DNA of 64,000 nucleotides. Source: Octopus sinensis (taxonomy: Eukaryota). The position numbers were made by a program, and so were the translations under genes. The notes below the pieces were generated by a model that was given only the letters and a program-made list of their open reading frames with translations, had not been told where the DNA came from and did no database searches. Below, one piece after another: positions 25,720 through 38,316 of this stretch. The stretch's first letter is position 1, and every line of letters begins with the position of its first letter. The stretch covers positions 16,926,001 to 16,990,000 of the forward strand of contig NC_043001.1 of assembly GCF_006345805.1 (NCBI RefSeq). The letters run 5' to 3'.

Positions 25720-26148
25720 CTCTCTTTACTCTTTTACTCTTTTACTTGTTTCAGTCATTTGACTGCGGCCATGCTGGAGCACCGCCTTTAGTCGAGCAAC
25801 TCAACCCTGGGACTTATTCTTTTTGTAAGCCCAGTACTTATTCTATCGGTCTCTTTTTGGCCGAACCGCTAAGTGACGGGGACGTAAACACACCAGCATC
25901 GGTTGTCAAGCAATGCTAGGGGAACAAACACAGAGACACAAACACACACACGCATATATACATACATATATATATATATACATATATACGGCGGGCTTCT
26001 TTCAGCTTCCGTCTACCACATCCACTCACAAGGCTTTGGTCGGCCCGAGGCTATAGTAGAAGACACTTACCCAAGGTGCCACGCAGTGGGACTGAACCCG
26101 GAACCATGTGGTTGGTTAGCAAGCTACTTACCACACAGCCACTCCTGT
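25720..26148 (-). mobile_element. Group B SINE
   Basis: Full-length reverse complement. Confidence 0.9.
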
Positions 26149-26288
26149 ACCGGTATTCCTTTCTGCTTTAATGCAGGGTTCGATTTGACGTGCAGCTTTT
26201 GTCGATTCCTCCCAGCTACAAGGATCTATGAAACTGTATGGGAGTCAGACCAATAACTTTTATCAGAGAAAAATAGTTTAAAATTCTA

Positions 26289-26615
26289 TGTGGCACCTTG
26301 GGCAAGTGTCTTCTGCTATAGCCCCGGGCCGACCAATGCCTTGTGAGTGGATTTGGTAGAGGGAAACTGAAAAAAAGCCTGTCGTATATATGTATATATA
26401 TGTGTGTGTGTATGTGTTTGTGTGTCTGTGTTTGTCCCCCTAGCATTGCTTGACAACCGATGCTGGTGTGTTTACGTCCCCGTCACTTAGTGGTTCGGCA
26501 AAAGAGATCGATGGAATAAGTACTGGGCTTACCAAGAATAAGTCCCGGGGTCGATTTGCTCGACTAAAGTCTGTGCTCCAGCATGGCCGCAGTCAAATGA
26601 CTGAAACAAGTAAAA
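26289..26615 (+). mobile_element. 5'-truncated group B SINE, inverted relative to 25720-26148
   Basis: Starts at the CORE-like box. Confidence 0.88.
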
Positions 26616-26639
26616 AAGTATTAAAAAATTAGGTGAGAA

Positions 26640-27700
26640 AACAGAAGGCAATGAAAGAATTTGGCGTGAAAATTTTAAAATATCAGGTCAGAATTGGGAT
26701 TTTGAAAAAATCAGGTCAGAGTTGGGTCATAACGTCTCTTTGCAGCCCAGCTGATTTCAATTTCCGTATAGCATTCGTGGGATACAGTCGTATAGTTGAG
26801 GGTTTAAAATTTCTCCGTCATTTTTCGTTAAAATGCCCTCCAGAAAAAGCAACAAATATACGGCAGCATTTAAACTAAAAGTTATTGAAGTTTCGAAGTT
26901 ATTGAAGAAAATAACTGCGTAGCAGCAAGAAAATGTTGTGTTTCAGAAAAACTTGTGAGAGACTGGAGAAAGATATTTAACAAACTTCAGACGATACCAA
27001 ACAGAAAATGTGCTAATAGAAGGGACAAACAGTTGTGAGTAGGAAGGAAATTTCACAGAAATTGTGCAAAAATTATAAATTAAGCTCAGAATAGAATTAC
27101 CGAATACCATTCTGACGCAATCTGAAGAAAAAGCCTCTTCATGGCCAATACCAGAAGATACTAAACAGAATGGAAATAGACTAAGAACGTGCATCCAACT
27201 GAAAAACGTAGGACCCAAAGCTGAGACTCGAGCTATTCTTGATTGCAGCACTGAATCAAAGTCTTCCCACCATAAACATGTAATTAAGCAGGATTTTATG
27301 TAAATCAAAAATTAGTAGGGTTTGAGTGGGGAGGGGACAATTAGCCACATTGTTTCTGACGGGGAAAATCTTTAAGATAAGATATGACAGAAAGGGTCAT
27401 AGATATAAAGAAAGCGACTGTTCTAAGATATGCCAAGTCACAAAGACAGTGAAATGAAGACTAATCAACCGGATACTGTTGCAAAGGAGAACAGGAAAGG
27501 AAGTACCTCCCACTCGAAATATCAATCCCAACTGACGATTAAAGTATTTTTAAAAGAAATTGAGATGTCTAAAGATAAAGATCTGAAAATAGAGATATCA
27601 GAATGTGGGACGCAAATAATCGCTGTTATAATGGGCACTTTGAGAATGGTTAAGAATCATGCAGACAAGTACATAACTAAAACTTCAGGATTATGTATAG
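26640..27700 (+). pseudogene. Degraded 3' part of an R4/Dong-like (RLE) non-LTR retrotransposon
   Basis: Frameshifted motifs LHGQY, FLIAALNQSLPT, TNQPDTVAKE (RLE PD motif) and KEIEMSKDKDLKIEI...IIAVIMGTL. Confidence 0.65.
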
Positions 27701-27702
27701 GA

Positions 27703-27744
<42 letters not shown>

Positions 27745-27746
<2 letters not shown>

Positions 27747-28008
27747 AAATTTAGAGGACTGACCACTAAAAGTGGATAGTCTGTGTGCTACATATAGACG
27801 TCAAAAACGCCATTTTCCACGAAAAATGTGTTCTCAAGAAAAAATTCAGCAAAAAATCAGTATTTTCATTTGTCTTGCTTATTTTTTACACTTTGGTTTT
27901 TTGCTGAATTTTTTCTTGAGAACACATTCTTCGTGGAAAATGGCGATTTTGACGTCTATGTCAAGCATACAGGCTGTCCACTTTCAATGGTCAGTCCTCT
28001 AAATTTTG
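27745..28008. mobile_element. Long-TIR MITE with TA TSD (Tc1/mariner type)
   Basis: TA|CAAAATTTAGAGGACTGACCA ... TGGTCAGTCCTCTAAATTTTG|TA, with ~110-bp inverted arms. Confidence 0.8.
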
Positions 28009-28097
28009 TATGAAATAAATTTTTAATCTTCGGATTTTTTAAATATGCTAGGTCACTGATTTTAATTTATTAATATCGATTTCTACCCTTATTTAAT

Positions 28098-28179
<82 letters not shown>

Positions 28180-28182
28180 TAT

Positions 28183-28293
28183 GTATATTGTTATATTTCG
28201 GAATGGTCATATTGCCAGTTTGGCCAATAAAAACACACGCACTATATATTTTATTGGCTAAACTGGCAATATGACCATTCCGAAATATAACAA
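28183..28293. repeat. ~45-bp-arm palindrome between microsatellites
   Basis: ATATTGTTATATTTCGGAATGGTCATATTGCCAGTTTGGCCAATAAAA and its reverse complement, with an ~18-nt loop. Confidence 0.85.
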
Positions 28294-28351
28294 TATCTGT
28301 TTCAACACATGACTTCACATAAAAAATCTTGCACAACAAATATTTAAAAAC

Positions 28352-28419
<68 letters not shown>

Positions 28420-28570
28420 ATATATATACATATATATATATACATATACATATATATATATTGTACTACATATTGTACATGTATGTTCTAGAGTACTTTT
28501 AATATAACAAAAAATACTACAATACCAAAACAAAACGCTGCATAAAGTGAAGATAGTGCAGTTGATAGCA

Positions 28571-28605
<35 letters not shown>

Positions 28606-28629
28606 ACTACTACTACTACTACTACTACT

Positions 28630-28685
<56 letters not shown>

Positions 28686-29149
28686 TAATCTTATCAACAG
28701 GAAGTAACATGGAATTTATTGTAGCAAAGGGAAATGTAACTGGTGTCTAGAAATATAGAGGAGTTTTGTAAATAGAACTAGTTAATAGACGATGTTAAAT
28801 CTCCCAAGAATCTGGCAAAGCTCTCGGCTTGTCATTAGCTCTAATTCTCAGTAAATTTATTAAGAAGGAATTTAGAAAATAAACAGATAAATAATTAAAG
28901 ACAAGTAAAAAATCCGAAATGAACTTTTGGAATCGTGTTAAAGAGAAGCAGTTTAAAATGTCAAGATGGCAATTTATAGTATTATCAAAACTACTGCCAC
29001 AGACTTTTAACGAATTACTAACATGTGAAACACGAAGAAATATATTTAGCAGACATATTTTGAATATTTCCGAAGGATGAAGACGTTTGCAGTTCAAATC
29101 GCAAGCAACTTTTCCCAGAGCCTACTCAATAATTGAGAATTTTAATACA

Positions 29150-29618
29150 GTACTGTGGCCATGCTGGAGCACCACCTTTAGTACTTATTCTATCGGTTGT
29201 CAAGCAATGCTAGAGGGACAAACACAGACACACAAACATATACACACACACATATATATATATATATACACATATATACGACAGGCTTCTTTCAGTTTCT
29301 GTCTACCAAATCCACTCACAAGGCTTTGGTCGGCCCGAGGCTATAGCAGAAGACACTTGCCCAAGATGCCACGCAGTGGGACTGAACCCAGAACCATGTG
29401 GCTGGTTAGCAAGCTACTTACCACACAGCCACTCCTGCGCCTATATACATATATACGACAGGCTTCTTTGAGTTTCCGTCTACCAAATCCACTCACAAGG
29501 CTTTGGTCGGCCCGAGGCTATAGCAGAAGACACTTGCCCAAGATGCCACGCAGTGGGACTGAACCCAGAACCATGTGGTTGGTTAGCAAGCTACTTACCA
29601 CACAGCCACTCCTGCACC
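29150..29618 (-). mobile_element. Group B SINE with two internal deletions and a duplicated 5' half
   Basis: The head/CORE segment is present twice (~29270-29442 and ~29447-29618), and the tail is shortened. Confidence 0.88.
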
Positions 29619-29966
29619 TATATGTTGATGATTTAAAAATATCTTTTATACGTGTATATGTTTGTGAATGGGCGTGAGTTAGAGATACTTTGTCGTCTGT
29701 TAGGACTGATATTTCAAGTGAGGAGTAGAGTTTTTCTCTGGTCATCTTTCGTAACGATCTCCGGTTGATTAGCCTTGATGTCACTGTCTTTGTGATTAGG
29801 AACATATTAAAATATAGTCGATTTTTTTATATCTCTGACCTTTTCTCTCATGCTTTATCTTGACTAAGACTTTCTCCTTCAGAAACACTCTCGTTGATTG
29901 CTTTCTTCTTTTCCACTGTCGGCAAATCCTGGAGTTACATAAAAATCCTATTCCATTACATACTTT

Positions 29967-30398
29967 GGATCTTTTCGGTTTGAACGGCAGTTTTTAACAT
30001 AATGTCTAGGTAACTAAAAAGTTTTAAACTTCGTATACTGGTAGAACGTGTTTATGAAACATCTTTTTCTCTTGGCTTTATTGAGAAAATTCTATAGTTT
30101 GTAAGATATATTTCGTTATATTTTTCTTCAATTTCTGCAATTTCAACCAATCACTGACGTCCATTGAGGTAAAAAGCATTCTGTGCCGTATGAATATGTC
30201 CCTCGTTTAAGAAACAGATTGGGTTTATTTACATTTCTGAAGAAAAAAAAGATATCCTTCCCCTCACCCCTAACCATAACCATAACCCTAACCCTAAAAC
30301 AGATTGAAAGGCAATAGATCGATTCTAGGGTCATAATTATGAGTGACAATTTCATATGACACCGCTAGAAAAAACTGCCGTTCAAACCGAAAAGATCC
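29967..30398. mobile_element. DNA-transposon MITE with GGATC termini and 8-bp TSD
   Basis: 29-bp TIR GGATCTTTTCGGTTTGAACGGCAGTTTTT. Flanks CATACTTT/CATATTTT. Internal (CTAACC)n. Confidence 0.8.
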
Positions 30399-30757
30399 CA
30401 TATTTTTGCCAAGAAGTCTTTGATCCTGTGCTGCAATCAAGAATAGCTTCAGCCTCAGTGAGTCCTGTATTTTCCAATCTGGACTACGATTTCCCTTTGT
30501 CTATTTCCACTCTGTTTAGTATTTTCTGGCATTGCTCTTGAAAGCGTATCACAAAAACCTTGCCTGCTTCACTCATAGATTTTTAGTTATTTTCGACAAC
30601 GAAAGAGGGATAATGTAATTTTTTTTTTAAATGGTTAAAATCTTAGCCCAGCAATTTTAGGGAGAGCGTTTGTCGATTAGTCCGCTCCTAGTACTCAATT
30701 GGTACTTTCCGAAAAGAAGAAAGGCAAAGTTGAGCTCGGCGGTATTTGAGTTCGGAA

Positions 30758-31540
30758 GGCGGTGAGATGGCAGAAACGTTAGCACGCCGGGAGAAATGCG
30801 TAGCCGTATTTCGTCTGCCGTTACGTTCTGAGTTCAAATTCCGCCGAGGTCGACTTTGCCTGTCATCCTTTCGGGGTCGATAAATTAAGTACCAGTTATG
30901 CACTGGGGTCGATGTAATCGACTTAATCCGTTTATCTGTCTTTGATTGTCCTCTCTGTGTTTAGCCCCTTGTGGGTAGTAAAGAAATAGGTATTTCGTCT
31001 GCCGCTATGTTCTGAGTTCAAATTCCGCCGAGGTCGACTTTGCCTTTCATCCTTTCGGGGTCGATAAATAAAGTACCAGTTATGCACTGGGGTCGATGTA
31101 ATCGACTTAATCCGTTTATCTGTTTTTGATTGTCCTCTCTGTGTTTAGCCCCTTGTGGGTAGTAAAGAAATAAGTATTTCGCCTGCCGTTACGTTCTGAG
31201 TTCAAATTCCGCCGAGGTAGACTTTGCCTTTCATCCTTTCGGGGTCGATAAATTAAGTACCAGTTACGCACTGGGGTCGATGTAATCGACTTAATCCGTT
31301 TGTCTGTCTTTGATTGTCCTCTCTGTGTTTAGCCCCTTGTGGGTAGTAAAGAAATAGGTATTTCGTCTGCCGCTATGTTCTGAGTTCAAATTCCGTCGAG
31401 GTCGACTTTGCCTTTCATCCTTTCGGGGTCGATAAATTAAGTACCAGTTACGCACTGGGGTCGATGTAATCGACTTAATCCGTTTGTCTGTCCTTGTTTG
31501 TCCGCTCTGTGTTTAGCCCCTTGTGGGTAGTAAAGAAATA
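30758..31540 (+). mobile_element. Group C SINE array (head plus four bodies) inserted into an older inverted C copy
   Basis: 17-bp TSD GGTATTTGAGTTCGGAA at 30741-30757 and 31541-31557. Confidence 0.9.
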
Positions 31541-32582
31541 GGTATTTGAGTTCGGAACGTAAATTGTCAGAAGAAATGCCACTTAACATTTTATCTAATG
31601 CACCAAAGATTCGGCTGCCTCACTACCTTTTAGTTATTATAAATAATAGTGATTTATTGCACCCTGTATGGCCACTAGTTAGAGGTTGTTGTTATAGTAG
31701 TTGTTGCTAATGCAGCGAGTTAGCAGAATCGTTACCGCATCGGACAAAATGCTTTGCAGCATTTCGTCGATTTTTTGCGTTCCCAATTGAAATTCTGCTG
31801 AGGTGGACTTTGCCTTCCATTTTTTTCCGGATCTACAAAATACGTACCAGTCAGGCACAGGGGGTGGGGGGATGTAATCGCTTAGCTGCCACTCCCTTAT
31901 AATTTCAGGCCTTGTGCCTGTATTAGAAGCAGCTAAACAAGAATCAATCTAGTGCAGTTTAATGACTGAGTATTATGACCGAGACGATTATGGCAGACCC
32001 AGGGAAAGATTCTTTAAAATAAAATAAAAGACAAACATCAAAAACAAAACAGAAAGAAAGAAAAGCCCTGCAAAAGTCAGAGGTTTTTCTCGTCAAAATA
32101 TAAACAGTTTTAAACTCTGAAGTTATATAATTGAATCTTCTACAAGTTATTTTATACACCATAACACATAACTATTCAAAACAGATGTGACATGTTTCCA
32201 CAAGTCTTTACAAGTCCTTCTCGTTTAGAGTTACAGTCTTACTGACTGCTAACAATACCAACTAGGTTACAGGACACGTGTAATTGCACGAGTCCGTTTT
32301 TCTTCTCGTATCTTCTCTCAATCATTTCGTTTCTCTTTCTCTTCACCAGTCTTTGTATTTCCTGCAATAACTGATCGAGCATCGTCCTCCACTAACCATC
32401 GTTATATACCAAATTATGATTTTGGGTGGATGTTGCTGTTACTGGTTAGCCCTAGGTCAACGTTGATAGAGCATAATCGCTGAGATCATCCTGCTTTTGT
32501 CGTCTTCTTTTTTACTTCTCCGTGTCACAAAACGGCAGCCATGCGGGAGCACTATGTTTGTTGTGTTCTTTTTTGTATTTGG

Positions 32583-32812
32583 TTACTCTTTTACTCTTTT
32601 ATATGTTTCAGTCATTTGACTGTGGCCATGCTGGAGCACCGCCTTTAGTCGAGCAAATCGACCCCGGGACTTATTCTTTGTAAGCCCAGTACTTATTCTA
32701 TCGGTCTCTTTTGCCGAACCGCTAAGTGACAGGGACGTAAACACACCAGCATCGGTTGTCAAGCAATGCTAGGGGGACAAACACAGACATACAAACATAT
32801 ACACACACATAC

Positions 32813-32858
<46 letters not shown>

Positions 32859-33040
32859 TATATATACACATATATACGACAGGCTTCTTTCAGTTTCCGT
32901 CTACCAAATCCACTCACAAGGCATTGGTCGGCCCGAGGCTATAGCAGAAGACACTTGCCCAAGATGCCACGCAGTGGGACTGAACCCAAAACCATGTGGT
33001 TGGTTAGCAAGCTACTTACCACACAGCCACTCCTGCGCCT
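32583..33040 (-). mobile_element. Group B SINE
   Basis: Full-length reverse complement. Confidence 0.9.
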
Positions 33041-33965
33041 GGTTGGATGTCTTCTTTGTAGGACTAACTTTTTAATGAGTCCTTTCCATTAATGGAGCAC
33101 AGAATTTTGTCAGTGAACAAGTCGCAATCCCAAAGCGACGAAAATAGTTTGACAAATTTAAATGTTGAATTGACTCTAACGGTTTTTGTGTGTTTCTTAA
33201 ATGGCTTATAAACACCTTCCACACTGCAATCGTTTTCGTTCCAGCACAAGATCTCAGATCAGGTCACTTGCTATGCAAGTACATCTCTCTATATGTATAT
33301 ATAAATGAATTACCAGGACATTTATTTCTGCGAATTGGTTGACTTTGTAGAAAATGCAGCTAGAAGCTTCATTAACCGGAATTAAGGGAAGGTTTTAAAA
33401 TACTGTCACAGTAATGTCACGTGGTTTTGAAACTCGAAGAAATTCAGAATTTTGTTGTTTTTTCTTTTCTAGCAGATCGTTTCATCGCAAATAGCGGTGG
33501 TTCTCAAACTAACAAAGATGAGGCTCAACTGCCGCACTGTCAAATTATAGGCGAAATTTTGTGTGCCTGCTCCCCGACCTTAGCCAATAACTAAATATAG
33601 CCATCACTCGAGGCTAAATGTTACCTGACGGCACATACCTGGCTTTCGCTAATTGTCTTCGAATAAATACAGTCACGAGTTGACACAGCCACCTTCTCAG
33701 TCCTCGCACACTTGATCCAGTGGAACAGTGGTGACGGGACTACTAGGGACAAGCAGAGAGAGCTGATATGCAATTGAGTAACGTGAAATCAAGTGCCTTG
33801 CGCAAGAATACACTGTACTGTCCGGTCTAGAAATCGAACCCATGACATTAAGATCCTAATCCTCAAACCGTTAACGCATTTTAATCGACCGTCTAAGGTC
33901 TCTTCCAATCGCCATCATATCTTATATGTACTATAATATAATATAATATAATATATGTGTGTGTG

Positions 33966-34008
<43 letters not shown>

Positions 34009-34014
34009 ACACTC

Positions 34015-34390
34015 ACATACTCTTTTACTCTTTTACTTGTTTCAGACATTTGACTGTGGCCATACTGGAGCACCGCCTTTAGTCGAGCAAATCGACCCTG
34101 GGACTTATTCTTTGTAAGCCTAGTACTTTATTCTATCGGTATATTTTGCCGAACCGCTAAGTTACGGGAACGTAAACACACCAGCATCGGTTGTCAAGCC
34201 GATGTTGGTGGGACAAACATAGACAACAAACGTATACACACATATATATACAGATATATACGACAGGCTTCTTTCGGTTTCCGTCTATCAAATCCATTGC
34301 TTTGGTTGGCCCGAGGCTATAGCAGAAGTGGGACTGAATCCGGAACCATGTGGTTCGTAAGCAAGCTACTTACCACACAGCCACTCCTAC
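34015..34390 (-). mobile_element. Group B SINE (small internal deletions)
   Basis: Matches the B consensus. Confidence 0.85.
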
Positions 34391-34559
34391 ATATATAAAT
34401 CTATGTATGTGTGTACACTCATAAACACACATTCATACAGGATTGATAAATTACATCAAAATGGTAAAAAAAAATATAGCCTATAATACAAACATACGAA
34501 GCAACGTTTTAGCATGTATTATGCAACATGAGTTTTTAAAAAATCGGGTTAGAAAAGTT

Positions 34560-35204
34560 TCGAGTTCTGTATTTATTCAGATGAAGAGTAATGTGCTTAT
34601 TGGAAGTAGAGGTCTAAGTCACTGTTTATGTGGAAATTATGTGTACTTGTTAGTATTTTTCGTGTTTTCACATCAATGGCTCGGATCCGACCAAGCGTCC
34701 AGTCAAGCAGTCCAAATGTTGGTATGAGTACTGGCACTACAAACACATTGTGGGCTACTGTTTTATTGAATGCAGAGAGTTCTGAATTTCAAATTTTCTT
34801 TATTCGGCTGTAATTTTCATTAGTGACACGTATTTTGTTACAGGTGCCATTGTAAGATATATTTTCATTCACCCCTAGATACCTGTAACATTCCTCGTCA
34901 GACACAGGGGAAAGGGTCAAATCAATGATGGAGATGTTACTAGTCTGGTTTATAGTTTTACTCCTTTTCACAACAATATAACAACATTTATCCTGACCAA
35001 ACTCCACCCCTACATCCTTAGAGAATGTTGTAATTAGGCCAATGGTCTTTGCATAAAGTTTTAAGTCATCCACAAAGAATGTATGAATGTATGCATATGT
35101 ATATATATATGCATATATGCATGTATGTGCATATAGCGTGAGTGGTGTGTATGGTATATATTATATGTATGTGTATATATATATGTATGTATATATATGT
35201 ATAT

Positions 35205-35291
<87 letters not shown>

Positions 35292-35440
35292 TATTGTACA
35301 ACTAATGGATCCTGTTTGAATAAGATGTCAGGTGAAACTTAATGTACAAGTAAAAACGAATGTTATAATACACTTGAGCCAATTTAGTATTGAGTCTCTC
35401 TACCAGTAAATATCCTATTGTTCTTAAAATTACATTAAAA
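34560..35440 (-). pseudogene. R4/Dong-like reverse transcriptase core fragment, split by (TA)n
   Basis: ORF 34789-35073 reads MDDLKLYAK...FSKDVGVEFGQDKC...YRYLGV and continues into the WNSELSAFNK...FVVPVLIPTFG region. Confidence 0.8.
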
Positions 35441-36049
35441 TAACAAATCAAGATAAACATAGATATATACATATATATACATACAGACATATATATATAT
35501 ATTACATATAAAAACGTAGATACATAGAGAAAAACAACTTGTTCTAAATTTCTGAGTCAGTGAGATACATACATACATACATACATACATACATACATAC
35601 GTACGTACATACATACATACATACATACATACTACATACATACATACATACATAAATAATACATACATATATACACGTATATATACCTAACCACACACAC
35701 ACACACACACATACACACACACACATGATATGTGTGTGTGTTTGTGGGAAGTAATGTTTGTTATTTTGTCGTATGATTAAGATAATGTTCACAGAAGGAG
35801 CTAATGACCCATAAATCTGAATTCATGATGTTGTAAGCATGAAAAGCAAATCGTATTAATTTTTGTCTTCTGAATAAACTGCATGACTTCAAATGCTTTA
35901 AACTGATTCATATTAGTGATATTTCCTCCACTATATATTTATTCATAAAAGAAAGATTTTTACAATTCTCTAAGTACTTAGTAATGTTAGTAGATTCCAG
36001 TTCAATGATCTACCATCCTCTTCTCTTTCTCTATCTTTCTCTTTCTTTT

Positions 36050-36081
<32 letters not shown>

Positions 36082-36299
36082 AGTGTATGTCATTGTGTGT
36101 AGATATTATATATGCGCATATATAAAATATATGTAGCATACACACAGATGCACATACCCACACATGTATACATAGATACAGACACACACATGAGCACGCG
36201 TGCGAACACATACGTACATATATACATACATACATACATTCATACATACATACATACATACATACATACATACATACATACAAATTCGAGGACTAAAAA

Positions 36300-37365
36300 A
36301 GCCAGCAAAGCATTTGGAAGGTTCGAAAATCGTATATGACCCGACAGAGGTATCGCCATCAAAAGCAAACTCAGCATTTATGAATCATGCATCTTAACAG
36401 CTCGTTTATAACTCTTCCAAGACTTAGTCGTTACATGAAGGCTTTGGAAAGGTTCCATCGAACTTGCCTTATGAGAATCTTAAACATCAAATGGCAGTCT
36501 TTCACATCAAACATGGTTGCTCTTCAGCAAGCCAACACATCATGGTCTCAAGAATTTGTCTTATGAAGAAAGGCTGAAGACGCTCGACCTTTATTCTCTA
36601 AAAAACAGCGCCGCCGCCGTGGTGATCTCATTCTCGCTCACACATCATAAGCGGAAAGTGTAACTTCTCGAAAGAGCTGTTCTTCACTCCCTGCCCAGCG
36701 TCGGCTGCGGGTCATCCGAAAAGCTCTATCTGCGACGATTCATCTCAATCGAAGGAGAGGGGCTTTCTCCGTCCGGGTTGCGGATCCGTGGAACAAGCTG
36801 CCAGACGAGATGGTGAAGATGCCGACGACCGCTTTGTTCAAAGTCTCCCTTGACCTCAAGTGGCCTGAACTCTTTACATGAACACCATCCTGTACATAAC
36901 TCCATGTCCCCCTACATGGCCTTGCTTTTTGCTTTTTGAGCCAAAAAATTAACTAACTAACTAACATCGTTGTTGAAATGTTCCTCATACGCAATTAAAT
37001 GTATTGGGCTGAACACTTTTCTAGGATGCAGGATAGCAGTTGTTTTAAGGGGAGTTACGACGTGGTAAGCATATATAACACAAACCTACAAAACGTATTA
37101 AAGATGCTGTCAAAAGCAATTTTAAGGCTCTTAGTGTTAATGTTGAAGTCTGGGAACAATTGACAGCAGATCTTTCGGTTTGGAAAGAAGTGAACTACAA
37201 TGGTTGTAACACATTTGCAACACGGAGAATCATCTGTCTTGAAATGAGCAATTTGTAAACAGACCTTAACTTCAATCCAAGACGCTTTCCAGTCTCAAAA
37301 AGTTTATAACATCTTCAGTAGGTCCTGTTTATCCGAAACGGGACTTGCTAGTCATAGGATATCTC
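36300..37365 (+). pseudogene. Degraded RTE-clade LINE 3' region, interrupted by a CR1 fragment
   Basis: Motifs LERFHRTC.MRILNIKWQ, KRIKDAVKSNFK...WEQL and RSCLSETGLASHR. Confidence 0.65.
36542..36963 (+). mobile_element. 5'-truncated CR1-clade LINE
   Basis: GLKNLSYEERLKTLDLYSL...RRRGDLI...FSVRVADPWNKLPDEMV, a (TAAC)n tail, and a possible ACATC TSD at 36537-36541 and 36964-36968. Confidence 0.85.
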
Positions 37366-37520
37366 TTAATGGCATTTATTAAAAGAAGAAATGTCCTTCT
37401 TTTGTAAAGAATCGGCTATATATATGTGTATGGTAAGACAAAAAAATGAAAGAGACCTCGATATTATGTAAATAGAGGAATTTATCTGTAAATATAATAT
37501 GTGACAATTATTCGGTAGCC

Positions 37521-38149
37521 ATGACTAAACTCGGAGTTTTATCATGGCTAAGGGAAAAAGCTCAACCACAACCAGGAAAGGAACTTCATAGGAAAAAGTT
37601 TCTTCTCTCTATCTGCTGGGATTGCAAAGGAGTAATTCACTTTGAATTGTTACCACCTAATGCAACTATCAATGCTCAAGTTTACTGTCAGCAATTAAAG
37701 CGTTTGAACCAAGCTTTTAAGAAAAAAAGACCAGCTTTAGTGAATCGAGAAAGAGTAATGTTTCATCAGGACAATGCGCGACCCCACACTGAAAACATCA
37801 CATCACAGAAGCTCGAAGAGCTTGGTTGGAGAAAATTTCCTCATCTACTTTTCTCCCGACCTTGCTACCATTTAGACTACCATTTGTTTCGTAGTTTACA
37901 GAATCATTTGGGGGACATAACTTTCGCAAGCCAGGAGGAGGTCGAAACTGACATTTCAGAGTTCTTCGCTTTGAAACCAAAGAGTTTTATATTGATGGGA
38001 TTAAAAAGCTTGTAAATAGATGGAAGGAAGTCATAAGATAATCAGGAGGAAAAGTACATTGATGATTAAATTTCAATTAAATATAACATTTGATCACTTG
38101 TTTTCTTTTTCAAAATTCAGACACAGAACTTATGGGTGGAGACCTGATA
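37521..38149 (+). pseudogene. Mariner (DD34D) transposase C-terminal remnant with right TIR
   Basis: ICWDCKGVIHFELL, FHQDNARPH and DYHLFRSLQN motifs; a TIR-like end ACAGAACTTATGGGTGGAGACCTGATA. Confidence 0.9.
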
Positions 38150-38198
38150 TGTGTGTGTGTGTATCTATCTATCCATTTATCTATCTATCTATCCTATA

Positions 38199-38242
<44 letters not shown>

Positions 38243-38274
38243 ATCTATCATCTATCTATCTATCTATCTATCTA

Positions 38275-38316
<42 letters not shown>

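Larger units (their letters stand above)
28800..30600 (-). pseudogene. Fragments of a second R4/Dong-like element (C-terminal part), split by a SINE and a MITE
   Basis: Minus-strand LFLIAAQDQRL at ~30430, ANQPEIVTKD at ~29760 and a C-terminal-like segment at 28800-29130. Confidence 0.5.

Noticed and set aside
30269-30296. Interstitial telomere (CTAACC)n
   Set aside because: There are only about four degenerate units, and they are internal to a MITE.
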